DNA of 64,000 nt. It comes from an uncultured Chloroflexia bacterium. GTDB taxonomy: Bacteria; Chloroflexota; Anaerolineae; Anaerolineales; UBA4823. The notes under the pieces were generated by a model. The model was not told the origin of the DNA and searched no databases. It worked only from the letters and a program-made list of their open reading frames with translations. Numbering within the stretch: position 1 is the stretch's first letter; the number at the start of each line of letters is the position of its first letter. Location: positions 384,007 through 448,006 of the forward strand of contig CAWIYB010000005.1 in the NCBI GenBank assembly GCA_963840255.1, given 5' to 3'. Below are positions 30,389 through 40,782 of this stretch, in pieces. The position numbers and the translations under genes are program-made.

Positions 30389-31594
30389 TTACTGCCAATC
30401 TTCCGCGTTATAGGCGGGAAGCTCACAGCGCAGAGGAGTATCTTCACGCAGACCCAGTGCATAGCCAGCCTGCATCAGCTGGTGGATCTCACTGGTGCCT
30501 TCATAAATGATAGCGCCGCGTGAATTGCGCAGGAAGCGCTCGACGTCATACTCGTCGCTATACCCGTATGCCCCATGGATCTGGATAGCTTCGGAGGCGG
30601 CAGTGAATGATTCGTCGGTGGCAAACCACTTGGCCAATGAAGTTTCGCGGGTGTTGCGCAAACCCTGGTTTTTCATCCAGCCGGCGCGCAGGTAGAGCAA
30701 GCGGGCCATTTCATAGGACTGCACCATGCGAGCGATCTTCTGCTGCACGAGCTGGTATTTGGCGATTTCCTTGCCGAAGGCTTTGCGCTCCTTGGCATAT
30801 TTGATGCTTGCCTCCAGGCTGGCGCGGATCAGCCCGGTGGCACCTGAAGCAACGGTGTAACGACCATTATCCAGGCAAGACATGGCGATCTTAAATCCTT
30901 CGCCTTCCTCACCCAATAGATGGTCAGCTGGCACCCGGACGTCTTGAAAGTTGACCCACCCGGTAGAGCCGGCACGCATACCCAATTTACCGTGCAGATC
31001 GCCGGTGGTCACACCAGGACGGTCAAGCTCGACTATGAAGGCGGATAAACCAGCATGAGGGTCACCCTTGTTTTTATCGGTGCGACCCACCCACAGGCAG
31101 TGATGGGCTTTGGTCGCCAGCGAAATCCACATCTTCTCTCCGTTCAAGACGAATTCGTCTCCCTCCCGGCGGGCTGTGCTGACTAAAGCGGCTACATCGG
31201 AGCCAGCCCCGGGTTCGGTCAAGCCAAAACAAGCAATTTTCTCGCCCCTGGCCTGGGGGACCAAAAAACGCTGCTTCTGCTCTTCTGTGCCCCACTGGAG
31301 CAATCCCAGGCTGTTCAACCCGATGTGTACCGATAGAATCACCCGCAGGGTGCTGTCGACTGCCTCCAGCTCCTCACAGGCTAATCCAAGTGCGATGTAA
31401 TCCATCCCCTGACCCCCATAGCGGACAGGCAGGCAGATGCCCAGGATGCCTAACTTACCCATGCGAGGCAGGATAAAAGGCGCCATCTCCTGTGCACGGT
31501 CGAACTCCTTGATCACAGGAGCAACTTCTTTTTGGGCGAAATCCTTGACCATTTGTTGAACCATCCGATGTTCACCCGTCAACGCAAAATCCAT
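30389..31594 (-). CDS. Acyl-CoA dehydrogenase
   Basis: 401 aa with CFGLTEPGAGSD, the WISLA region and the C-terminal IYEGTSEIHQL typical of ACAD enzymes. Confidence 0.9.
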   Translation of the reverse strand: MDFALTGEHRMVQQMVKDFAQKEVAPVIKEFDRAQEMAPFILPRMGKLGILGICLPVRYGGQGMDYIALGLACEELEAVDSTLRVILSVHIGLNSLGLLQWGTEEQKQRFLVPQARGEKIACFGLTEPGAGSDVAALVSTARREGDEFVLNGEKMWISLATKAHHCLWVGRTDKNKGDPHAGLSAFIVELDRPGVTTGDLHGKLGMRAGSTGWVNFQDVRVPADHLLGEEGEGFKIAMSCLDNGRYTVASGATGLIRASLEASIKYAKERKAFGKEIAKYQLVQQKIARMVQSYEMARLLYLRAGWMKNQGLRNTRETSLAKWFATDESFTAASEAIQIHGAYGYSDEYDVERFLRNSRGAIIYEGTSEIHQLMQAGYALGLREDTPLRCELPAYNAEDWQ

Positions 31595-31690
31595 AAACTT
31601 CCTCCGGAAAAAGTGAGATGGCTACATTATAAAGCATGCTGGATTTATCGGTAACAACGCCGCAATGCTTTTGCACTATAATCAATCCTG

Positions 31691-33109
31691 GTGAAGACAG
31701 ATCCCCGTTTGTCCATATATCTCCGAATTGCATCGGTAAGCATCTTGATGGTATTACTGGGACTTAGCCCAGCTCCACACGCCATCAACACAATACTAAA
31801 GAATGCCCAGGGCGCGGTTGACTCAGGAGATTGGTCAAGCGCGTCCACCTACCTGGCCAAGGCAGCCGAATATTACCCCTGGCGGGTCGAAATCACGAAA
31901 AAAGCCGCACAATATGCTCTTGAGGCGGGAGATTCCAAGGAGGCGATCCAATACCTGGAACGCCTAGAAGTTTTCAGCCAGCTCAATACAGAAGACCTGA
32001 TCTTGTTGGGGGATGCCTACTACCAGAGCGGTAATAGCTCAGATGCTGAGGCTATCTGGCAGGAGGTTGCCAACCAAAGAGATTCGACCGAAGCCACCCA
32101 GCGTCTGGCTGACATGTACCTGGAGCGAAAAGATTTTTCTTCCGCAGTCAGCCAGATGCAAAAGCTACTGTCGCTTAACCCGTCGGACATCCGACTGTAC
32201 TACCAGATTGGCATGCTCTACTCAGTCACAGACCCGCTCAAAGCGCTGCCATTTTTGGCCCAAACGGAGGAACTCGATCCCGCGAATGCATCCAATGCGA
32301 GGGAATTACACGACAAAATCCGCACGGCAAACCTGTTTGATCAACCAGCTTACACCATGGTGGCGTCTGGACGACAGCTGGCGAACATGGGTGAGTGGAC
32401 ATTTGCGGCAGAAGCATTCAAGCGTGCAACGGAGCTGAACCCTGGGTATGCAGACGCCTGGGCATTCCTGGGCGAGGCAAGGCAACAAATCGCGATGAAG
32501 GAAACCGGTTCAACATCAAAAGCAGGGTTCATCGAATTAATGCAGGCGCTTCAGGTGGACAGTAAATCCGTACTCGCCATTACCTTCATGGGGTTATTTT
32601 GGGAGCGCCAGCAGGATTATTCGGTGGCTGCATCCTACCTGGAACAGGCGATTGCCATCAGCCCGGATGACCCCTATCTATATACGGAGCTGGGAAATAT
32701 TTTATCCAAGGGGGGTGACCTACCTGCAGCCCAATCTGCATATGAAGCTGCGATCAAGATTGCTCCGCGGGAACCATTGTTCCACCGCCTACTGGCAGAA
32801 TATGCACTGGAAAACCAAATCCAAACCCGCGAGCTGGCTCTCCCGGCTGCCCGACAGGCAGTCATGCTTAACCCACATGACCCTGCCTCGCTGGACTTGA
32901 TGGCTAAAGTGATGCTTGAGCTAAAGGATTATCATTCGGCCGAGAATTATGCTCGGGAAGCCTTGAGCTCCGACCCGGGTTACACACCTGCGTACCTTCA
33001 TCTTGGAACAGCATATCTCTATCTCAATGAGCCCAAGCTTGCCCTGCAATGGCTTGACAAGGCAAGGAAGCTTGAACCGGATTCCTGGGTAGGTATTCAG
33101 GCAGTCTAG
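31691..33109 (+). CDS. Tetratricopeptide repeat protein (N-terminally anchored)
   Basis: 472 aa with a hydrophobic N-terminus and repeated 34-aa A..Y....G....A...F..AL..P units throughout. Confidence 0.8.
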   Translation: MKTDPRLSIYLRIASVSILMVLLGLSPAPHAINTILKNAQGAVDSGDWSSASTYLAKAAEYYPWRVEITKKAAQYALEAGDSKEAIQYLERLEVFSQLNTEDLILLGDAYYQSGNSSDAEAIWQEVANQRDSTEATQRLADMYLERKDFSSAVSQMQKLLSLNPSDIRLYYQIGMLYSVTDPLKALPFLAQTEELDPANASNARELHDKIRTANLFDQPAYTMVASGRQLANMGEWTFAAEAFKRATELNPGYADAWAFLGEARQQIAMKETGSTSKAGFIELMQALQVDSKSVLAITFMGLFWERQQDYSVAASYLEQAIAISPDDPYLYTELGNILSKGGDLPAAQSAYEAAIKIAPREPLFHRLLAEYALENQIQTRELALPAARQAVMLNPHDPASLDLMAKVMLELKDYHSAENYAREALSSDPGYTPAYLHLGTAYLYLNEPKLALQWLDKARKLEPDSWVGIQAV

Positions 33110-33239
33110 AATGATCGATTTTTACTTCCGGTAGAGGAATATGATGGAAAGCGATGCCATTGAAGCCTACGGCAGGTTGCACCTGCTTCTCAGTCAATGG
33201 TACAATCCACCCCACAATAAAAACTTCAGGAGCTGTGTA

Positions 33240-33863
33240 ATGAAATTTCTTACCCGTCTCTGTTTCATCCTCGTTTTTGGATTGGCGATCTCTGCCTGTG
33301 CCAGCAAGAGCAAAGCGCTGTTCTCGGATGATTTTTCGAGCACCAGCAATAATTGGGATTCAGCGTCGGACACAAATATGACGACCGATTACTACAACAG
33401 TGCCTACCGAATCCTGGTGAACGTAGCTAATTATGATGCCTGGTCAAACCCTGATGAATTAAGCTTTATAGACACCAGGATCGAAGTGGACGCCACTAAA
33501 AATGGCGGACCTGACACCAACGATTTCGGAGTTATCTGCCGCTACAAGGGTTTAGACGGTTATTATTATGGGATTATCAGCAGCGATGGGTATTACGGGA
33601 TCTATAAGAAGACCGCTGACGGTGGGAAGCAGCTCGGTCAAGGTGGTGAGCAGTTCAGCGACAAAATCTTAACGGGTTCAGCAACCAACCACATTCGATT
33701 TGACTGTGTTGGTTCCACTCTCACTCTGTATGTGAACGGCACCCAGATCGACCAACAAACCGATCCGGCTTATAAAGACGGCAACGCAGGTCTTATTGCT
33801 GGCACCTATACTGAAACCGGTACAGATATTTTGTTTGATAATTTTTTTGTGTATAAACCATAA
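33240..33863 (+). CDS. Lipoprotein with concanavalin-A/LamG-like (DUF1080-like) domain
   Basis: The start was moved to the Met giving MKFLTRLCFILVFGLAISAC (lipobox). The body has FSDDFS..NWD..IEVDATKNGGPD..FG.ICRY..HIRFDCVGSTLTLYVNG..ILFDNFFVYKP. Confidence 0.6.
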   Translation: MKFLTRLCFILVFGLAISACASKSKALFSDDFSSTSNNWDSASDTNMTTDYYNSAYRILVNVANYDAWSNPDELSFIDTRIEVDATKNGGPDTNDFGVICRYKGLDGYYYGIISSDGYYGIYKKTADGGKQLGQGGEQFSDKILTGSATNHIRFDCVGSTLTLYVNGTQIDQQTDPAYKDGNAGLIAGTYTETGTDILFDNFFVYKP

Positions 33864-33975
33864 TCTGAAGGTGCTGTAAATGACAGGGATCAACATCAGC
33901 ATCCGATTTGCCCAGAGGACTCATTCAAGGATTTCATTGGATCAGCCTACTTGAGGAGACGATACGAAGAAATTT

Positions 33976-34623
33976 TTGCGCCTTGCATTCGTAATTCTCC
34001 TGTTGGGCTTCACCAGCCTGGCGTGCTCGAATGCCGGGACGAAGACCGATACGGTTACGGTTTTATTCTCAGATGATTTTTCCAACGCCAGCAAAGACTG
34101 GGACCAGATCTCAGACAGCTCAGGTTCAACCGATTATTACAACGAAGCCTACCGAATCATCGTGAACGCAACTAACTACAGCGCATGGGCTAACCCCGGA
34201 AACGAGAGCTTTGTTGACACACGTATTGAAGTGGAAGCGGTTAAAAACGGAGGACCCGACGATAACGTGTTTGGTATTATTTGCAGGTATACGGATGCGA
34301 ACCAGTTTTATTACGGCGTCGTCAGCAGCGATGGATTTTATGGAATTATGAAAATGAGCAGCTCGGGCGCACAGCCAATCGGCAGGGACAACATGCTCGA
34401 AAGCGAGCGAATTACACAGGGAGCAGCTAGCAACCATATCCGGTTTGATTGCGTTGGATCGACCCTCACCCTTTATGTAAATGGCTTCCAGCTCGACCGA
34501 CAGAACGATAGCGAATATGCTACCGGCAATGTGGGCTTGCTCGCTGGGACATTTGCGACGACGGGTACCGACATCCTGTTCGATAACTTTTTCGTCTATA
34601 AACCTGTGGCTGACGTGCAGTAA
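33976..34623 (+). CDS. Lipoprotein with concanavalin-A/LamG-like domain (tandem paralog)
   Basis: TTG start followed by RLAFVILLLGFTSLAC. It is collinear with the previous protein along its whole length and ends in the identical block HIRFDCVGSTLTLYVNG..TGTDILFDNFFVYKP. Confidence 0.6.
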   Translation: MRLAFVILLLGFTSLACSNAGTKTDTVTVLFSDDFSNASKDWDQISDSSGSTDYYNEAYRIIVNATNYSAWANPGNESFVDTRIEVEAVKNGGPDDNVFGIICRYTDANQFYYGVVSSDGFYGIMKMSSSGAQPIGRDNMLESERITQGAASNHIRFDCVGSTLTLYVNGFQLDRQNDSEYATGNVGLLAGTFATTGTDILFDNFFVYKPVADVQ

Positions 34624-34724
34624 AATAATTTCCATCCCCACCAGAACTATTGACATGTTAGCATTTATTGAAATCTCCGTACTATCTTTGCTTTCGTTCC
34701 AGTTTAGTATTTTCCACATGAGGA

Positions 34725-36041
34725 ATGGCTGATAAACCGATGAAGGTCTACCTGGATATGGTCGGTTGCCGCTTGAACCAAAGCGAAATTGAGACCTACG
34801 CACGGCAATTCCGCACCGCCGGTCACACGCTGACCTCCGATAAGGATGCTGCTGACCTGGTTGTCATCAATACCTGCACTGTTACTGCGGCGGCGGCAGC
34901 TGATTCGCGGCAAAAAATTCGCCAGGCTGCCCGGGCAGGTGCCACCCAAATCATCGTTACCGGCTGCCTGGCGACACTCTCCCCCGAGGAGACGGCCTCG
35001 CTTCCAGGAGTAACCCGGTTGATCGAAAACCATAACAAAGATCACCTGGTTCCCATCGTATTGAATCTCCCCATTTCATCACTCGAGCATACATCCCTTC
35101 GCCGAGAGCCGATCCCAGGAACACGCCTGCGCACACGTGCATTTATCAAAGTACAGGATGGATGCGACAACCACTGTACTTACTGCATCACCGCACTTGC
35201 CCGAGGAGCTGGAAAAAGCCGGTCAATCGAAGCGGTGCTGATGGATATCCGCTCAGCCCTGGAGGGTGGCAGCCAGGAGATTGTCCTCACTGGAGTCCAC
35301 CTGGGATCGTGGGGAGATGATTTCACGCCTCCCAAGTCACTAGAGGATTTGGTCATTGCGATCCTGACGGACACAGAAACCCCCAGGCTTCACCTTTCCT
35401 CGCTGGAACCCTGGGATATTGAGGCCAGTTTCTTTGAGTTGTGGCGCGATCCACGCCTATGCCGCCACCTCCATCTGCCGCTGCAGTCAGGCTGCGGGGC
35501 GACACTACGGCGTATGGGGCGCAAGATTTCGCCCCAGGCATATGCAGAGCTGGTCGGTGAGGCACGCAGCGCCATCCCTGATGTAGCGATCACCACGGAT
35601 ATCATTACCGGTTTCCCTGGTGAAACAGAAGCTGAGTTTTCGGAAAGCATCGAATTTGTCAGGGAGCTGAACTTCGCCAACGGGCATGTGTTTACCTTCT
35701 CCGCAAGACCCGGTACAGCTGCAATGGATTTACCGGAAAAGGTGCCAGCCACAATTTCCAAGCAGCGAAATGCCATGATGCGCCAGGTGTTCAAGGCAAG
35801 CGCTGCCGAATACAATGAAAGGCACGTGGGTCAAAATTTAAGTGTACTGTGGGAAAAGGTCACCCCTATTGGGAAGGATCAATGGCAGCTGAGCGGTCTA
35901 TCAGATAATTATCTGCGGGTCAAGACAGTCCATTCCTCCCCATGCTATAACCAAATCATGACTGTACACATAAACAGGGAAGAACCGGCTGGGTTAACCG
36001 GTGAGATCACTTCAGGACTCTTTCCGGATTCAGCCAATTAA
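34725..36041 (+). CDS. Radical SAM methylthiotransferase, MtaB/MiaB-like
   Basis: 438 aa with an N-terminal UPF0004 domain (MVGCRLNQSE, INTCTVT) and the radical-SAM cluster motif CDNHCTYC. Confidence 0.75.
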   Translation: MADKPMKVYLDMVGCRLNQSEIETYARQFRTAGHTLTSDKDAADLVVINTCTVTAAAAADSRQKIRQAARAGATQIIVTGCLATLSPEETASLPGVTRLIENHNKDHLVPIVLNLPISSLEHTSLRREPIPGTRLRTRAFIKVQDGCDNHCTYCITALARGAGKSRSIEAVLMDIRSALEGGSQEIVLTGVHLGSWGDDFTPPKSLEDLVIAILTDTETPRLHLSSLEPWDIEASFFELWRDPRLCRHLHLPLQSGCGATLRRMGRKISPQAYAELVGEARSAIPDVAITTDIITGFPGETEAEFSESIEFVRELNFANGHVFTFSARPGTAAMDLPEKVPATISKQRNAMMRQVFKASAAEYNERHVGQNLSVLWEKVTPIGKDQWQLSGLSDNYLRVKTVHSSPCYNQIMTVHINREEPAGLTGEITSGLFPDSAN

Positions 36042-36102
36042 GTTACGATATAATCTATAAAAATCTCCAACCCATGCGGGTTATCGGAAGAAGTACTTAA
36101 CC

Positions 36103-36546
36103 ATGAGCTTAAAATCTACCCTCCAATCTGATTTAAAAGACGCCATGCGCAGCGGTGATGAAACCCGCAAAAGCACAATCCGCATGGCATTAACGGCAAT
36201 CCAGCTGGCTGAGATTGAAAAGGGTGGAGATCTGAGCGAGGCGGAAGACCTGACGATCATCCTGAAAGAGATAAAATCCCGTAGAGAGACCATTGCCGAT
36301 GCAGAGAGAGCGAAGCGCCCTGATTTAATCCCCCCCGCTGAAGAAGAAATCAAGGTGCTACAAGCCTATTTACCACCACCGTTATCCCCAGAAGAATTAG
36401 ATCAGATGGCAAGAGAAGCCGTTAACGAAGCAGGAGCCACAACGATTAAAGATATGCGCCAGGTGATGGCAATCCTGCTCCCTCGATTACAAGCCCGGGC
36501 AACCGGCGAACAGGCGAGCCAGGCAGTGCGAAAGCTGTTACAGTAA
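36103..36546 (+). CDS. GatB/YqeY domain protein
   Basis: 147 aa with the pattern L..DLK.AMR.GD..R..TIR....I...E typical of YqeY. Confidence 0.85.
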   Translation: MSLKSTLQSDLKDAMRSGDETRKSTIRMALTAIQLAEIEKGGDLSEAEDLTIILKEIKSRRETIADAERAKRPDLIPPAEEEIKVLQAYLPPPLSPEELDQMAREAVNEAGATTIKDMRQVMAILLPRLQARATGEQASQAVRKLLQ

Positions 36547-36549
36547 AAA

Positions 36550-38716
36550 GTGCCAGTCATAAAATTTACCCGGCGTACATTTTTCCTGGGATTGATATTC
36601 CTGCTATTTTGTGGGTTTATCCTGCTGGCTTTATTGATTCCGATACTGCAGGATTTATCAGAACCTCCTCTTCGAATTGGTGACGTCGCTCCATACGATA
36701 TCCATGCGCCCAGTGATCTCACATACCCGAGTCAAATCCTCACCGCCCGCCAGCAAGATACCGCGGCGGGTGATATACCATTAGTTTATTCTCGAGCTGA
36801 TACCAGCATTGCCAGGCAGCAACTTGAACAGCTGCGTAACACATTAGCTTACATAGATAGTGTGCGGGCAGATAGTTTCGCCACCCAGGAACAAAAGATC
36901 AGCGACCTGGCTGCCCTAGAATTTGCTCAGCTCAGCCGCGATACCATCATTGATATCCTCTCACTCAGCTCCTCTCGCTGGTTGGGAGTCTCACAAGAAG
37001 CCACCACCGTCCTCGACCAGGTGATGCGTGAACCGATCCGTGAAAACCAGCTTATCGCGATATACCAGAGAATTCCCTCGCTAATCAGCCTGTCATTTGC
37101 TGAAGATCAATCGGCAATTATCACGGCATTAGTCCAGGCATTTGTTGTCCCCAACAGCCTGTATGATGGACAGGCAACAGAGGCTGCCAGGCAGCAGGCA
37201 CGCAGCAGCGTTTTACCCATCACACACTCGTTCATGACGAACGAAATCATTATCCAGGGCGGTAAGGTGATCACGCCTACCGACTACGAAGCGCTGCAAC
37301 AGTTCGGTCTTTCACAGCCGAATAACCGCTGGCAGGATATCGTCAGTGCCTTGGGGCTGACATTAATCACTGCAACCATATTCATCATGTACTACCGCCG
37401 AAACCAGGAACTTTTCTCCGGCAGCCTGGGAATCCGAAAACTGACCCTACTGATCACCCTCTTCCTGCTATTCCTGGTCATTGCGCGATATCTTGATCCC
37501 AGGACATGCAGTAATCCCCTATGTATACCCGGTGATGGGGTATGCATTGATCATCTCAACGTTGTTTTCGGCTGACCTGGCGTTGATCACTGTCATACCA
37601 CTGGCATACCTGATTCCGATTGGACTGCCGGACGCCCAGGTGCTGACGATTTATTACCTGGTGGGGAGTATGTTTGGGGTGTTTGTGCTGCGAAAAGCCC
37701 AAAGGTTGACTTCATTCTTTTGGGCAGGTGCTGCCATCGCGGTCTCGGGCGGTATTGTAGCCGTTGCTTATCGCATCACTCAACCTACGGCGGACTGGAT
37801 CGGTATAGCTACACTGGCACTCGCATCGATCATCAACGGAATCGCGTCGGCAAGTATCGGCTTGATTTTCCATTATTTCCTGTCTCCACTTATAGGCAAG
37901 ACTTCTCATTTGCAGCTGATCGAGCTCTCACGCCCGGATAACCCACTGCAGCAGCTGCTGCTGAGAAATGCCCCCGGCACCTATCAACACAGCCTAGTGC
38001 TGGCTAATTTGGTTGAACAGGCTGCTGAAACCATCGGTGCAGATGCAACACTTTCGCGGGTGGGTGCCTTGTACCATGATATCGGAAAACTGCTCAATCC
38101 ATTCTTCTTCATCGAGAATCAGCCACCTGGAAATATTAATCCGCATAATGACCTGGACCCTGAAACGAGTGCTGCCACCATCATCAGGCACATCCCCGAT
38201 GGAGTTGAATTGGGACATAAATACCGTTTACCCAAACAGCTGCTCGACTTCATCTCCCAGCATCACGGCACAACCATTACCCGCTACCAATACTCCCGGG
38301 CATTGGAGCTCGCCGGGATGAATAAAGAGGCAGTGGATATTGATAAATTTCGCTATCCCGGGCCACGACCATCCAACCGCGAGATTGCCCTGCTCATGCT
38401 GGCAGATACCAGTGAAGCCCGAATGAGAGCTGAAAAACCCAAGGATGAGGATGAGCTGCATGAATTGATCAAAAGCGTTGTCAAGGATAAGCTTGAGCTG
38501 GGAGAATTGGATGAAACCCAGCTGACGTTAAAGGATCTGGAGGATATTATCGATTCCTTCACTTCTACTTTACGAGGTGTCTACCATCCCCGCATCCAGT
38601 ATCCCAAGTCGGAGCTTGATGTCAAGACCCGTCCAGTAGCATATCGAATCCCAGATGGAGATACGCCACCGGCATCCCCTAACCTGGAAGCCACACCGAC
38701 CAACGAAGAAACCTGA
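36550..38716 (+). pseudogene. 7TM-HD phosphohydrolase (PgpH/YqfF-like) interrupted by an apparent frameshift
   Basis: ORF 36550-37575 carries the extracellular domain and the start of the 7TM domain. ORF 37481-38716 carries the rest of the 7TM domain and the HD domain (HSLVLANL..GALYHDIGK). The frames overlap by 95 nt, and sense continues as ..FLVIAR / DILIPGHAVIPYVYP.. Confidence 0.75.
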
Positions 38717-38735
38717 TCACTTTTTAGTTTAATCC

Positions 38736-39188
38736 ATGGTCACAATTCAGGTAAAACGTGCAGTCAAACTCCCGATGGATAAATCCACCCTACTCGAGGC
38801 TGCACGTATCACGCTTGAATCAACTGGCTCGAATGAAAACTCTGATGTGAGTATCGTGATCGGAAATGACCGCCTGCTTCACCGATTAAATCTAAAATAT
38901 CGCCAAATGGATGCGCCAACGGATGTGCTTTCTTTTCCATCCGGTGAAGTCGATCCAGATACATCGAGCCTGTATCTCGGAGATGTGGTAGTTTCGCTGC
39001 CACGGGCTCAGGAGCAGGCCTCTGCCGAAGGTCATCCAATCAAGGAGGAATTACAATTATTGGTAGTCCATGGCATCCTGCACCTCTTAGGATATGACCA
39101 CGAGGAAAGCAAGGATAAGAAGAGGATGCGGGTCATACAAGATCGAATCTTGAAGAAGCTCGGTTTGGCCTTAACCAGCCCGATGTGA
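38736..39188 (+). CDS. ybeY: rRNA maturation RNase YbeY
   Basis: 150 aa with the metal-binding motif HGILHLLGYDH. Confidence 0.92.
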   Translation: MVTIQVKRAVKLPMDKSTLLEAARITLESTGSNENSDVSIVIGNDRLLHRLNLKYRQMDAPTDVLSFPSGEVDPDTSSLYLGDVVVSLPRAQEQASAEGHPIKEELQLLVVHGILHLLGYDHEESKDKKRMRVIQDRILKKLGLALTSPM

Positions 39189-39586
39189 CCATGGCTAACC
39201 AGGAACCAGGTTTTTTTCGCTCACGGGTTAGAGCATTCGGTTATGCCTTTTCAGGCTGGTGGTTCGTCATCCGGACGCAGCGAAACGCCTGGGTCCACAT
39301 GGTGGTTAGCGTTGCCGTGATCCTGATGTCTTTCCTCCTGCACATCACCACCACCAGCTGGGCATTAATCATTCTCGCCATTGCCATGGTGTGGATCGCA
39401 GAATTCCTCAACACTGCATTGGAAGCAGTGGTCGATTTAGCCAGCAATCACCAACAACATGACCTTGCCAGGCTGGGAAAGGATGTTGGTGCTGCGGCAG
39501 TATTAATTGCGGCAATCGCAAGTGTCTTGATTGGTCTGCTGGTGCTGGGTCCACCGTTATGGGCAGCAATTCAATCTCTATTCTAA
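39185..39586 (+). CDS. dgkA: Diacylglycerol/undecaprenol kinase
   Basis: 133 aa with three TM segments and the EFLNTALEAVVD motif. It overlaps ybeY by 4 nt. Confidence 0.85.
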   Translation: MTMANQEPGFFRSRVRAFGYAFSGWWFVIRTQRNAWVHMVVSVAVILMSFLLHITTTSWALIILAIAMVWIAEFLNTALEAVVDLASNHQQHDLARLGKDVGAAAVLIAAIASVLIGLLVLGPPLWAAIQSLF

Positions 39587-39659
39587 GCGTCCTGTAATAA
39601 ATTTCTCCAGAAATTTCGCCAAAGCTAATTATAATTAATAAAAGAAATCGGAGCAGCTT

Positions 39660-40499
39660 ATGTCGAACTCTTTCCGCTTTGGTACTGTAGGTTCACCCCT
39701 ATCCACACCTAAAAAACCCGGTGGTAGTGTTGGTGCCATCCTGCGCATGAAAGAAATAGGCTTGAATGCCTTGGAACTCGGCTGGGTGAGGGCTGTGCGC
39801 GTGACAGAGGAAACCTGTGCCGCAATCCAGGCGTGTGCAAGCGAGCAGGATGTTAAAATCAGCATCCATGCGCCTTACTTCATCAACTTAAATGCGACCG
39901 ACGAAGAATGGATTAACTCGCGCAAGCGCTTGATGGATGCGGCGAAGTATGGGAACCTGGCAGGGGCGACCGACATCATCTTTCACCCGGGTTCCTACTT
40001 TGGTAATCCTCCAGCAGATGTTTTACCTGTCGTAATAAGTCGCTTACAAGGATGCCAGGAAGAGCTCAAATCAGCCGGTAATCCGGTTACCCTGCGCCCC
40101 GAAACCATGGGAAAATCAGCCATGCTCGGCTCGCTCGAGGATACCCTGGCGATGGCTAAAGCCTTACCAGGGGTAGAGCCGTGTATTGATTTCGCTCACC
40201 TGCATGCCCGTCCAGGGGATGGTTCAGTCAATACCTATGATGAGTTTTCCCATATCCTTGAGCTGTATGGAAATGCTTTAGGTGAACGGGCGCTAACCCG
40301 TTTGCACATTCACCTATCAGGCATCCAATATGGAGAAAAGGGTGAGAAAGAACATCTACCACTCAAAGAATCTGACCTGAACCTGGCTGGCTTATTCAAA
40401 GCACTGGCAGCATTCCAGTGCCAGGGAAGGATATTGTGTGAAAGCCCGATCATGGAAGACGATGCTTTTTATATGAAAACGCTGTGGGGTGAAAAATAA
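39660..40499 (+). CDS. Endonuclease IV-family TIM-barrel protein
   Basis: 279 aa. The order of metal-ligand motifs resembles Nfo: HAPYFINL, FHPGS, RPETMG, CIDFAHLHA, HIHLSG, CESP. Confidence 0.65.
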   Translation: MSNSFRFGTVGSPLSTPKKPGGSVGAILRMKEIGLNALELGWVRAVRVTEETCAAIQACASEQDVKISIHAPYFINLNATDEEWINSRKRLMDAAKYGNLAGATDIIFHPGSYFGNPPADVLPVVISRLQGCQEELKSAGNPVTLRPETMGKSAMLGSLEDTLAMAKALPGVEPCIDFAHLHARPGDGSVNTYDEFSHILELYGNALGERALTRLHIHLSGIQYGEKGEKEHLPLKESDLNLAGLFKALAAFQCQGRILCESPIMEDDAFYMKTLWGEK

Positions 40500-40526
40500 A
40501 GCTGCCATCTGAGATAGCAGCTTAAA
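40499..40526 (+). terminator. Hairpin directly after the endonuclease IV-like gene
   Basis: AAGCTGC-catctgagata-GCAGCTT overlaps the stop codon. There is no strong U tract. Confidence 0.45.
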
Positions 40527-40579
40527 GAATACAGTTGTTCGGATTGCGTATCGTAATTACTCACCCATCCCCCCTTTGT

Positions 40580-40609
40580 CCCCCCTTCCCAAATTTATGG
40601 GAAGGGGGG
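40580..40609. repeat. G/C-tract hairpin repeat
   Basis: Perfect 12-bp stem CCCCCCTTCCCA/TGGGAAGGGGGG with loop AATTTA. It is related in style to the CCCCTC..GAGGGG element at 58470-58497. Confidence 0.7.
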
Positions 40610-40621
40610 AAAGAGGCGGTA

Positions 40622-40662
40622 AAATAGGTGTCCGCAGGTGGTTTTCCTGCGGACACCTATTT
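40622..40662. terminator. Bidirectional terminator between convergent genes
   Basis: Perfect 17-bp stem AAATAGGTGTCCGCAGG/CCTGCGGACACCTATTT with loop TGGTTTT. The A run on one side and T run on the other give a U tract in either direction. Confidence 0.75.
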
Positions 40663-40782
40663 TGCGTATACGATCCGTTGAAATATTTGCAGGGATGTAA
40701 AATACGTAAATAAGTAAGAAGATATTTATGTTAATGCCACCTTCATTACCACTCGAGCTTTACGGTGAGTAGTTACTGCGTA

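Noticed and set aside
33141-33239. The upstream start (MMESDAIEAYG..) given in the ORF track for the first ConA-like lipoprotein.
   Set aside because: The internal Met at 33240 yields a canonical signal peptide and lipobox, and it matches the N-terminus of the tandem paralog. The 33-codon extension has no support.
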